Origin: Tubiluchus corallicola
Lineage: Eukaryota > Animalia > Priapulida
Assembly (NCBI GenBank): GCA_030141605.1
Contig: JAQGDQ010000072.1
Location: 186,001-250,000, forward strand
Direction of reading: 5' to 3'
DNA: 64,000 nt
Positions 26,497 through 37,990 of the stretch are shown piece after piece. Under the pieces are notes generated by a model. That model saw only the letters and a program-made list of their open reading frames with translations, was not told the origin of the DNA and made no database searches. Within the stretch, counting starts at the first letter, position 1, and each line of letters opens with the position of its first letter. Both the position numbers and the translations under genes were made by a program.

Positions 26497-26697
26497 ATAG
26501 AATAGAATAGAATGGAATAGAATAGAATAGAATAGAATAGAATAGAATAGAATAGAATAGAATGGAATGGAATGGAATAGAATAGAATAGAATAGAATAG
26601 AATAGAATAGAATAGAATAGAATAGAATAGAATAGAATAGAATAGAATAGAATAGAATAGAATAGAATAGAATAGAATGGAATAGAATAGAATAGAA
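26497..26697. repeat. (AATAG)n pentanucleotide microsatellite with AATGG variants
   Basis: Directly visible; lies in the elevenin intron. Confidence 0.98.
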
Positions 26698-26780
26698 ATC
26701 TGTTTTTCCTTGGACACATAAAGATATGATGTATGCATGTTTTTACCGTTATGGCCCAAGTCTATTGGCAAAAAAGTTAT

Positions 26781-26781
<1 letters not shown>

Positions 26782-26840
<59 letters not shown>

Positions 26841-26860
26841 TATAATAATAATAATAATAA
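26782..26860. repeat. (ATA)n microsatellite
   Basis: Directly visible. Confidence 0.97.
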
Positions 26861-27386
26861 CTACAAAAATGCTGTGGATTACAATAGAGCAAATTAAAGT
26901 TAAGTGCAATTTAAATTAAAAACTTAGGTATAAAGTACAAACTTAATTGTAAAGTAAATCTACAGCTAATATGCATTTCAAACAATACCTGTTTAGTTAG
27001 TCATCAGTTTATGGAAAAGCTAAATAAAGGCTACAGAAATTAAAATACTGTAGTCTATTAGGTATTGCATACAAACAATTTGCAAAACTAATCAGTGATA
27101 TGATAGCTATGATCAGCTAAGAGAGACACACCAAAAAATACTAGAAACCGGTGTGCTGAACCTGATGTGATGAAAGTCGAACTAAACTGAACAAAGTCAA
27201 CAAAAATCTACTCCAATATTATTATTATTATTATTAAACGCATACAATTTCTACCACACACAAAGATTTATGAAACTTTAAGGCATTTCTCATTTGTAAA
27301 CAGTTTTGTATTATATCTGCTATATAGCATTAATCATGTTTTGACTTTTTATTTCCAACGAGAGCGAATTTCAGAATCTATCTTAC

Positions 27387-27466
27387 CTGCACTCTAACCC
27401 ATTACATGTTTTCGTTACAAGAATGAGTGTCATCAAGCACACACCACAACTTAACCAAGCGTTCAT
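27387..27466 (-). CDS. elevenin: Elevenin-family neuropeptide precursor, coding exon 1 (signal peptide + start of first peptide)
   Basis: Acceptor acaatttttcag|GT-ATG; MNAWLSCGVCLMTLILVTKTCNG-LEC-AG|GTAAGA. The phase-2 donor joins the phase-2 acceptor at 24874 to give LECRYPFSTRCRAMFA directly after a signal peptide. Confidence 0.8.
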
Positions 27467-27939
27467 ACCTGAAAAATTGTAAAAAATATATTAAACTGAT
27501 TTTATTGTACTGATTTTATCACTTTTTTAGTTTCAAATCTTTCCATATTCTTTCAATTTATTCCAAATATTTATAATAGTCACATCTTACATTTTATTCC
27601 AAAGAAGTGCAACGTTTTACTATGAAACTGCACCCTGTGAAACGTTCTTGAGTAGTTACAATTATCATCCCTACCGCTCAAACACCTCTGAAAAGCGTCT
27701 CTGAAATGTTTACATTCAGGGAAAGTTTTCTAGGTATCTCTTGCCTATCACTTAGCCCACTTATTAACTCTGCATATCAAAAGCTAGACTGAATTCTATC
27801 ATTGATGCAATGGCTACGCTTTTTGTAAAAAAGGGTTTACCATTTCAAAAGGTTTACAAAATTGCTCTCTAGTCTCAAAGTTCATTCCAGGGCATAAGCT
27901 TTCGACTTTCGACCTCAATCAGCTATTGAGTCGTGTGTC

Positions 27940-28060
27940 ACAGCCAACTTACAGCAAACCAGCAAACCACAGCCGACTTACTGCGAATCCTATGGTTATC
28001 TAAGCACAAACCAGCAAACCACAACCGACTTACTGCAAATCCTTTGGCTATCTAAGCACT
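27940..28060 (+). repeat. ~52-bp tandem repeat, ~2.3 copies
   Basis: caaaccagcaaaccacagccgacttactgcgaatcctatggttatctaagca repeated. Confidence 0.8.
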
Positions 28061-28142
28061 GTACAATGATGTTCTATGTACAAAGTCTGCTTCCTGCTCG
28101 ATGATGTCGATCGAGTTGTTCTGTATGTAGTGCCTGATCAAC

Positions 28143-28384
28143 AGTGCTAACTCGCCAGTGCATCAGTGATATAGTTACTCTATAGTACTAAATCACCAGT
28201 GCATCAGTGACCGAGTTGTTAAGTAGTGCTAAATCACCAGTGCACCAGCTGTCGAGTTATTCTGTAGTGCTAAATCAGCAATGCAAAGTAATCGAGTTGT
28301 TCTGTATTGCTAAATCACCAGCGCATCAATAGTCGAGAGATTAACAGTGCTAAAACACCAGTGCATCAGTAATCTAGTTACTCT
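28143..28384 (+). repeat. 40-41-bp minisatellite, ~6 copies, within LINE ORF1
   Basis: Unit agtgctaaatcaccagtgcatcagtnatcgagttnttctgt starting at 28143, 28184, 28225, 28266, 28306, 28346. Confidence 0.9.
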
Positions 28385-31039
28385 TTCAAAGTGTCCGTTT
28401 CAATAGCGGATGCTGCAAAGATCACTGACCCACAATTCTGGCCACGTGGTATTTGTATTCGTAGATGGCATAGAGCAGAGAAAAGAGGTGGTGGTAGTAA
28501 TTCGTCCACTAACAAGGAAACAATGAGTAACGAGGACAAATCCATTGGTAATAAACTTTAATTTTCAATTTCTTTAAAACGTGGATGTTGACACATTTTT
28601 AAAACTTGTTCGTTTCCGAAGTTTGAAGACCATAATGAGGGACGGATATTTTGCTTGTTCAAAAGCAGTGTTTATTTGAAAGTCACCTATCGAAATTAAA
28701 AAACGTAGCTGAAAATGTTGATTGCATTGGTAAAAGCTCAATGAATGAAAAGTCTCCGCTTATAGGTCGTCCCTTTGGTGGTTGTGCCATTGTTTACAGA
28801 ACTACCTTATAAGCAGATATTAATGAAGTAACTTGTAATCATGTAAGAGTATGTGATTTAACTATTTCCATTCCTTTGTAGCACAATACTTGTGATCAAC
28901 ACTTATAATGTCACGCGATTCCCATTATCGGGATGATAATTATGCTGAATACGTTGAAGTCATTGGTGAGGTGGAATAGATAATACATAAAGTAAATCCC
29001 TCATATTTAATACTTTGTGGTGATCTTGACACTGACCTTAAAAGCACTTCTCCACATGCTGTGTCTGTTAAACAGTTTTTATGCCATTATGACTTATTTC
29101 ACTGTATTGACGTTGAGCATGCCAATGTTCCATATACATACATTGGTCCTACGTCAAATCACTCTAGAATTGATCATTTTCTGATTTCGAGAGATTCATC
29201 AGAAAACGTAAAATCTTGTACTATAATAGGCAACCATTTGCATTCAGATCACGTTTCTACTATCAGTGTTGATATTAATACTAATTTGGACCCCTTTGAT
29301 TTAAAGGAAAAAACCCTATGTTTCTAAAGTGGCTTGGTATAAAGCAACTAACGATGATATTCTGAAGTATAAACGTAGATTAGATATCAATCTTAAAAAA
29401 ATGGGTATGATAAAAGGATACTATAATGTACCAATATTCATTGCGCAGCACATCTAACCGATTTATTAGCTCTGTTTGCTCTATTATAGTGACGTAATTA
29501 ATGCTTGTATTGACGCATCTGAATGTATTCCCAAGACTGGCCCAGGGTTCAACAATGTGTCTGAGAGTAACAATGTTCCCGGTTGGTCTGATTATGTTGA
29601 GCATTTACGAAGTGAATTTTTAATGTGAAATAACCAGTGGAAGCTGTGCGGTCAACCACATGACGGCCAGATCGCTGAGCTTCATAAAGATATCATAGAG
29701 CAATAAAAAGCATGCGAAAAGATTTTATAAAATAAAAATGCAAAAAAATGGTTGAAGCTATTGCTAATAATAGGCAACGTGATTTATGGAGAGAGATAAA
29801 GAATATTAAAGGTCGGAACCATGCCTCTCCTGCAACTATTGACGGCTCTACTGGTGACGATAAAATTGCGAAGGTGTTTAGTAACAAATATAAAAATTTG
29901 TATAACAGTGTCCCATATAGTGATGCTGAAATGGAAGAGATAAAATCAGAAATCGTAAGACAATTATCTGAGCAAAATACTAGTAATGTTTGTAGAACCA
30001 GTGTTGATGATGTGCGCAAGTGCGTATGTAAGCTTAAGCAAGGTAAATTCAGTGGAGAGGAAGGCCTGTTGTTGACATGCTTCAGGTCTTAATGTCTACA
30101 GTGGGTTCCAAGTCACGTCAGTGTAGCTCCACCAGCCCCAGTCGAATGGTAAAGTGACGGTAAAGCTGAGACGGTGATCAATGCCTGGCCTAACAGTATC
30201 CTCCCTGGTACACTTACCAATACTTGGAGTGCCCGGATATTGGAGGAATTGCCTCCATAGACCTTCCCTTTCTTGTGAACAAGTCTTTACATGTTTTATT
30301 TGTTAACTATTACTTCGGTCGGCTGCTTAGCTCTAGTAGTTTCTGAGAGATACAAATGCTTCTGTTACTGCCTCAGACACTTGCCATGTGGGCCAAGCCA
30401 TTGTTTTGCCTCTCTCCGTAAATGCTTAATTCTGGTCGCAAGCAGTTTTCGCTTGGAGTGATGACAGAGCTGATGCTTTTTAGGGCCTATGGCATTCACA
30501 ATTTAACGCCACATTCACAATGTGGCGTTTATGAGCTAGCGACAGCCGTGTTTTTGACCACCTTATATATGACGCATATTAGACACTACCTTAAATCTCT
30601 GACCTTTGAAGCTTATATATAAATACTAAAACCATTATCCTGTTTGCCTTAGAACACGCAATACAGCTGACATATTATAACACAAGTAACTGCAGCAAAA
30701 TTGGCCTTCATCTTGAAAACCTAATTAAGGTGATATGTTATATGACCCGCCTGCCGATTTTAATTTTTGTGCCAGGTTGGCTTCTCACATGAATACTGTA
30801 AATTAGAGTTAGTTAGTTAGAGTTGTTATAGAGCTGGAAGCAATGTCGGTTGCTCGGGATGACAGCTCTGTTGTTTTTATTTTGTTATTTTTGTTCTTTA
30901 ATAATAAACAAAAGTTTATCGCAAAAGCATCTCGGTTTATTCAACATGATTTTGTGTGTTCAATTCCAACTCGTAACAGATGTCATAGTGCTTCTGAGCA
31001 TCAAATATGGATTCCTTGGCCTTGTAAATAAAACTAGCA

Positions 31040-31745
31040 ATGGCGGCCATTTTGAAAACGGCGACTGATTTTAAAATACTGTGAAAGTAGCAGAAACAGA
31101 TTTCTTAGGTCCAGCTACCTGGAGTTGATGCTATAATCTCCCCTTAAAGTTAATAAGTTAATTTTCAGGAATGTTTTTTGATTTATATTGTTTGCGCAAA
31201 AAATTGGCGGCCATTTTGGTTTTTACCTTTTTCCGCTAGTTTTTCAAGTTTTCGACTTTTAGAAAATACGCCCCCACAGTTCCGCTTTTCTGAAAATTTG
31301 TCTTGTCTATTGTAATGTACGTATATACCGATGCATGTGGTACCACACTTTCTGCCTCATCGTTAAAATTTGTTTTGGATCAAACAACGACAAATGTACG
31401 AAAATAATTTGTTTGTTTTTCAACACGCAGTTAATGTGACTGCGTGATCAACATTATTTCGTTCTCGCGTGGCGGCCATTTGGAAAACAGTAGTCACTTT
31501 TGAAATGAAAATGACAGAAATGAGTTCCTCGGATCCAGGGATATGTGTCATAATCACTTCTTTTAAGAATGAATATTAAAATGTTTATATTGTGGAAATT
31601 TCTCTTAATTTACGTTTTTTCGTTATTTGTGCAAAAAATGGCGGTCGTTCTGTTTTTGCATTTTCATTTTCCGTTAATTTTTCGAGCTGACCACAATTTT
31701 TTTGGATTCAACATAGTCTTTTAGAAAAAAATGCCCTGACAACTT
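31040..31745 (+). repeat. Diverged ~430-bp direct duplication with GGCGGCCATTTTG motifs (probable non-autonomous DNA transposon interior)
   Basis: ggcggccattttgaaaac (~31043) vs ggcggccatttggaaaac (~31471); gcaaaaaattggcggcc (~31197) vs gcaaaaaatggcggtc (~31631); tttagaaaa..gccc in both. Confidence 0.55.
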
Positions 31746-32574
31746 TACAGATGCGCATTTTCTTTGGTCTAATAGCACGTTTTGAAAACGTAACGTGGAT
31801 ACGCCAGACTTTGAGCAGTAAAGTTAACTGTTCCCTGGTGTATCTAATTGTTTTACGAAAGTTAACTCAACACAGCCTCGTTATGTCTGCAGTTTGTCTA
31901 CAAATGTGTAAAAATTCTCTGACACTTTTACTTGCCGCAAAACATCAAACAGAATTCCATTGTAGTTTTCCACTTTTTGCGGATTTTATCAAAAACCAAT
32001 AAAAGTCGTTCAACATAAATGCTGCGATTAGCCGCTTTAGGTGTCAAAGAGTTCAACCTACGTATGCAGTTCATGAACAAAGACAACGCAGAAGGCAAGC
32101 AATAAAGATACATTTGCATCAGATACAGAAGGCATTATTAAACTACTTTTGAATGTTAATCCAAAGTCTCATAATTTCTTCAGAATCCTGGTTTTAGCGT
32201 TTCAGTAAAATACAGAATAGAGAAGAATACAGTATAAAAGAAAGTTTTAACACTAAAAAATCGACTGAAAGCGTTAAAAGTATTGTCTACACTACCATTG
32301 TCAGAGGCTTAACGGATTGTTTTTAAGTGACTATCATTTAACTAATCGAACGAAGCCATTTATTTATTTATTTATACCATTTATTCGTAGTCATGAGGTG
32401 CAATCAATATAGAAAGTAACAAATTACAATATAATTACAAATATTATTACAATATAATATCATGTAATTACAAAACAAATTTAATATCTTTGTAATCGAG
32501 TATGCAAACGAAACCACAGTAGCTACTAGCGCTATTCTGGCCACTTCTCTTAAAATGGCATTGTTACATCTTAC

Positions 32575-32767
32575 TGTACTTGTTGCTCCGTTTGAAATTT
32601 CCGCAGAGTGGGTTGCGACAGAAAAACAAATAGACAGGTGGAGAAGATGGAACCATAACAAGAGAAAGACAGAACCAGGCATTGTAAAGGTCAAACACAC
32701 ATGCACACTTTGACACTATAAGCAATTGCGATATCCAATTTCCAACAACTATATAGCCTTCTTGATT
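32575..32767 (-). other. Candidate upstream (5'UTR/uORF-bearing) exon of the elevenin locus
   Basis: ctgcag| acceptor at 32768, ACA|GTAAGA donor at 32574; contains MPGSVFLLLWFHLLHLSICFSVATHSAEISNGATST from 32682. Confidence 0.3.
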
Positions 32768-32932
32768 CTGCAGTTGAATAGTTAATGCTTCTAATTGAAT
32801 TAACATTTTGTTAACATGCCTGATATACTTAACACAAAAGTTTGCAGTAATTGTTTATTACATCATGTAAGCAGTGGCTAAAATCAGCTTAACAGCCCAT
32901 TAATTCCAGTTTATGATCTACGTCATTATTGA

Positions 32933-33183
32933 CACAAAAGACATCGCAAGTAGTTAGAACATTTTATTTTATTCCTTAAGGCCTTTCGTCATTGCTGCCA
33001 TCATCAGAAGATAGATTGAAAACAAAATTATTTAGTAAAAAGAAAAAACAGCAAAATGCATACTAAATAGATACCCTAAAAAAAGTTTTGCAAACCGCAA
33101 ATTTGCTTTGTTTTTAGTCTTCTGACGATGGCAACAAAGCCGAATAAACTAACATATTCCGATTACAGGTGCTGTCTTCTGTG
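32933..33183. mobile_element. Inverted pair of Penelope-like pseudo-LTR fragments
   Basis: 32933-33025 is the approximate reverse complement of 33100-33183 (right arm lacks cttaaggcctttc); both arms carry hammerhead cores. Confidence 0.65.
32970..33015 (-). ncRNA. Minimal type-I hammerhead ribozyme motif (Penelope-type)
   Basis: Minus strand tatctt-CTGATGA-tggcagcaatgac-GAAA-ggcc-TTA-aggaataaa: conserved core, palindromic AAGGCCTT stem III, UH cleavage triplet. Stem II is imperfect in this copy. Confidence 0.65.
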
Positions 33184-35307
33184 AATGTTATAGGTTTAAA
33201 GCGGATGACTGCTTTGAAGTACGTCATAATTACTTATAAAATACAGCATAGCGGTTGCCGAACAAAAGAGAAGCTATTACGTCCAGACATTAGTAAATTA
33301 ATCATTAAATTGACTAGACAATTTGCAAAACATTGTTGAAAATTTAAAAATCTAAATAACCCCCAAAAATATTACAAGTGTCGCTGTCGTTACGTGTAGC
33401 ACACTGCCACGATTTTGCTTAAATGAGTCGCTAATGCTAATGTATAAGAATAAGAATAAGAATTTATTTTTTACATGGATATATTATAAATAGTTTTAAA
33501 TGCCATTATTTCCATAATGGTCTTGATCGTTAGTAGGTTAAAAAGCAGTATAGCTTAGATAAATATATTATTGACAATCACTGAAACATATAAATTCTAA
33601 TACGTACTATTGTATAGTATCTGTTTTTTTCCACACGACTTGATTAGCTGCCCATAGCCTAAATACTCTCCTATGGGCCTTTGGAACATTGGAACATTTG
33701 TCTTTTAACTTTTCTAAACGGCTGTCATTTTCAAGAATCCGCTAGTGATAACCGAAAAGAACACTATTCGATAAAAACAGGCATGTATGATTTATTTAAT
33801 AATTTCTGGGTTGATGTTTATCAACTACTTATTATGGATGTATAACAATCATAGATTGCCGAAGTAATAAGATGGATAACCTGATTATCTTAATTTAGTT
33901 TGTAAGCATATTTCTTCATCCCATCTATAGCGTAAATGCAAACATCAGGTTCATAATATTGATGCAAAAGGCTTATGGAAAAATTTATTTACTTACGAAT
34001 ATGCTTATTAATATTCTACTTAACAACTGAGACAAGAAAACTTTATGCACAGCCAATGCACTAAAAGAGAGAAATTTTATTTTCTCCGTTATAAATTTTC
34101 ATTAAGTATGTTTTTGTGGCTGTGACAATATCTTAATTAAAAACTGAAATCTACACCTAACAACATTACTCAACAAGTTTTATTGACTGCAATAAATGTC
34201 TTACAGTCAGCAAATATGGAGATGCGCTTAATAAACTGACTTCCGTCAGGCCTGCCTAATTTTGGTTTGAAAATTTCAACAATCTTGAAAAACTAAAGTT
34301 ATGAAATCAACCATTAGCAGAAATTAATCAATGACAAATTTCTTAACACCCCTGCTTCCAACTTGTCAAATGTGATTTTTGCCTTATTGAGGACATCAAG
34401 GATAAATGCAAAAACGTGTACGTGTAGGACGCACCGTGTAAATAGGCCTTTATTTGGCCTACCACTCCCTGGCGATTAGTCACCCGATCAGTCAATGGTC
34501 TTTCTGCTCTGTGATTTCCCACTCTACTTGTTCTTCGTAAGAAATACTCTTCACCTCGCCATATTGGCCTCGGAGCACAACGGGGACCAAAATTCTGCTA
34601 CAAAATTATATACACACATGTTTCGTAGGTTTCCATGGTCTCTACACTAAATTTCACCTATCTTACTAGACCAAATGGGACTGCTAACACAAAAATTCAT
34701 GTTAATACCATTACAAAAAGGTAACAACAGTGACATATTTACCAAATTCTGCAATTAAGATATAAAAGTTAATAAAGGTATTCCATAAGTCCAAGAGGCC
34801 AAAAAAATCGTGGAATTTGTCCCTTGCCTATTGGGACTGTTTCGGCAATAAGAATGATCCAAAACATCATTGAGAAGTAGTGGCGGTTACACAAATATAT
34901 ATTATACTATATATATTGCAAATTTGTTATATATATGTGTGCGTGCGTGTGCGTTATACATATAACAAATTTTCAAATTTTATATAACATTTTACTTCAG
35001 ATAAAGTAATCAAAATACGATGCAATTAGTAAACACCTACTTAAATAACTTTTACACAGATTAATGACAAAATCGAATCAAAAAATAAAATTAAGTATGA
35101 TAAATAAAATTTAACTGGCGTGCGAAAATGAACACTTTTGATGACTTTACATACCGATGTCTCAGATGACTAAAATAAGAAATTTTTTGTTATTTTAGTA
35201 ATTCTGATTTATATTAGAGTAGTCTTGTCGGTGAGGCAGTATAAAGATGGATGTGAAAGAATGTTATGATTTTGGTACATTGGATATTTGAGTCTGTCGT
35301 TCGTGTA

Positions 35308-35765
35308 CAAGGCTGTTAGTACGATACGGTACGGCACGAAAAAAATTCTGAAAATTTCGGTACGGAATTACGGTATTTTTCGTACCCTTTCCGTACTTTA
35401 TCGAACCTTTCCTTACCATTTTTACTCAGCTACTTGTAATGTTTCCATAATCAGCAAATCTGCATGATGACATGTTTTACTCATGGATTTTGTCTTACTG
35501 TTCTCTCCTAATTAACACAAAGCACACTCAAACAAAACGGCTAAATTGTTGTCTTTTGGGCGCTAAAGTTGTCGTTTACTGTAAATTATATATATATATT
35601 GTTATTTATAAACTGGGCTTCTACGGTCAGCAACTCTTCGTGATGACATGTTTTGTTCATATATGGGGACATACTGTTTTGTGTGATTCTCTCCTAATTA
35701 ACGTAGAGCACACGCAAAAGCGAGAAGTTGTTTAGCAGCGCCAGTTGTCATTTACAGTAAATTAA
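35308..35765 (+). repeat. TACGG-rich transposon-like end followed by a diverged ~125-bp direct repeat (35466-35589 / 35642-35765)
   Basis: Clustered tacgg/cgtac motifs 35318-35398; both copies read gatgacatgtttt...ctaattaac...agcacac...gcgc..agttgtc.tttac.gtaaatta. Confidence 0.5.
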
Positions 35766-37841
35766 GTTTATTGTTGTTTAAAAACTAGGTAGATTGCTTC
35801 CCACCTTTGATACGTATTGTTTTGAAATAAATAATGTGTCGTTAAGAAGTTTACCGATCCATGCACAGCATTAAAGATGTAATAGCTAAATATCGCTTGA
35901 ATTAAATGCCTACTTTGCCAAAAAAAATTCAACACGTATAACCCGTGTGGCTGCAGCATCTAATGATAATAGAAACTATCATTGTCTGTGTATACAAACG
36001 CGTTACCTACAGATCACAGTTTTATAAATTAAATTTTTGATGAGCTCAGGTAAATGTCCTCTGATTTGGCGAGGGAAGGACGCCCTGCAGACTATTTAAT
36101 TGCAAATGTTATTAAATTATGCTATTAAATGTTATTAAATGTGATTAAATGTTATCATCCCGGCTTAGTGAGCTCAGTTTGTTGTTCACGCATAAATCCA
36201 GAAAATTTATAGCTTTCTATTACTGGATCCTGTCTATATGTTGTGTTTTATTCCATACATTGACTGAACTAGAAAAAGGTGATAAAATCATAAATTTACA
36301 GTAATTGAGTAATTTACTTTGAGTAATTTAGTTTATAGTACTTGAATTTTCTGTGATGTAATAGTGTTAATTTTAGTGCGATTTATGTGTGATTATTTTC
36401 GCTATGATTCATAATTGCAGACTGTTGTAAAAAGCGGTTAGGACTATGTAAAGAATTAACTTTTAAATTTGAATAAGGATGCATTGGGCATTGCCTTGGT
36501 AAATATGTTTACAGTAGTTTTTCAGCAAATGCGTCATAGTACAGTAAGCCTGCTGACTATACTTTCATGAGTTCACAGTGCCATTTTTCTTAATGTAAAG
36601 TAATGTATAATGCTAATTATATCTTGAGTAATTTCAGGTTCCTAATGAAGGCATTATAATGTTGAAAACGTGAAATAAAGGTGTTTATGAACTCAAAGTT
36701 ATTGTCTTGTTCCAATAACTATATTCAGATTACGAATAAGAAATGTCAAACTAGACAATTGAGGCTTCATCGATAATATAAATCTTAGCTGACTTGCCGT
36801 TGCAGAATGGTTCATATCTTTTAACAATATTCTTAGCTTTTTTAAGTGGCTGTGAATACCCTGAGACTCGGGCCCTTTGTTTGCACTCCTGACACCTTTG
36901 TCTTAGTCCTGCCCTGTTTGGACATATATTATTTTATCCGTATACTAATCCCGCTAAACAAAAACTATTCCTTGTAATCGGCAAACATAGCAATAAAAAT
37001 ACCTACCTGATCGTTTGATAACTTTCCAAACACTTTCTAATTATTTTCAAGTCACTATAGATGTTTTACTAAGTGCAGGGCTTAATCACTAATCCTCTCT
37101 AATCTAGTTCCATTCAGTTTACGTCACAGCAAGTCTGTTTTATGAAGCCACGTCAGCCTGGGCAGCTATATGCCTAACTAGAATTACGTAAGTAGAGGGA
37201 ACAGCGTGGCGTGGCTAGAGCATGTGGGACGCTTTGTGACACATTATCAAGGTAAAAACAGATTCAACATCGTAAAGCTACATCTAGCGTAATTACGAAT
37301 CAGATCTTGTGAGTTGAAAAACTTAGGGACAATGATTGGAAATAGTGTGGGCACCTAGAAGCCTGGATCCGCCAAGCACTGGTGTGTTCGTCATTACCTA
37401 CTTGAGTTCGTATAATTAGTAAATGGAGGGACCTCCGCCTTTGATCATTAACAGTACTTCTCTGCCCACTATAATGTAGTCTGTTGAATGACTTTATCAA
37501 ATCTATCATCATCCTGTTGTCATCAGACATTGATGCACCTCTCTCTCAATTTATTAGCACAATGACAAGATCGTGAGGCACAAAATAGAATTTTGCAGTT
37601 TGCATTTCATCCAATCAATGCATTCAATCATTTCGGAAAATAAGTTATTGCCAGGAAGAAACTTGCTCAATCTTCTGCGGAACAAAGTTTGACTTAACGA
37701 TTTATTAAAAGACCAATTTCGTTGAGTTATTGTGCAATTCGTTGAGTTATTCTTAATGCGCAAATTTCTTATGATATTAATAAGTTTTCCACCTTATAAC
37801 ACTGCAAGGAGACGAATACAAAAACGCGAGTTTAAAAAAGA

Positions 37842-37990
37842 TTGCTGCTGTTGTGGTGGTTGTTGTTCTTGTTCTTGTTGCGGTTGTTGTTATTGCTGTT
37901 GCTGTTGCTCCTGCTGCTACTGTTGCTGTTGTTGTTGCCGCCGCTGCCGCTGTTGTTGCTGGTGTTAGTGTTGTTGGTGTCGTTGTCGTC
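37842..37990. repeat. Imperfect (TGT/TGC)n trinucleotide microsatellite
   Basis: Directly visible. Confidence 0.9.

Larger units (their letters stand above)
27700..30065 (+). mobile_element. Degenerate non-LTR retrotransposon 5' half: ORF1 C-terminus, APE endonuclease, linker (Proto2/RTE-X-like; clade tentative)
   Basis: ORF1 motif YSFKVSV...DPQFWPRGICIRRW (28379-28470); APE GRPFGGCAIVYR (~28765), CGDLDTDL, SRIDHFLIS...HSDH (29061-29327); VPGWSDYVE; RDLWREIK...VFSNKYKNLYNSV...KLKQGK (29748-30065). Left boundary uncertain. Confidence 0.85.

Noticed and set aside
16682-27466. Convergent GPCR and neuropeptide genes as a linked ligand-receptor pair
   Set aside because: Known elevenin receptors are rhodopsin-class (family A); this receptor is Methuselah/secretin-like. 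Adjacency alone is not evidence.
22460-30065. Two same-strand Proto2-like halves in swapped order flanking the elevenin exons, as one rearranged element or a transduction
   Set aside because: Where they overlap (VDDILRAMKTLMLNKSSG vs VDDVRKCVCKLKQGKFSG) they are too divergent to be one copy; independent insertions are simpler.
30080-30280. GC-richer segment as an HDV-like ribozyme or SINE
   Set aside because: Could not build the nested double pseudoknot or find Pol III boxes by eye.
31928-32119. ORF ending FCGK with a GT donor as the exon completing a C-x8-C first elevenin
   Set aside because: No good phase-compatible acceptor and a weak donor (GTAAAA); the 27387-27468 exon has better splice sites and a signal peptide.
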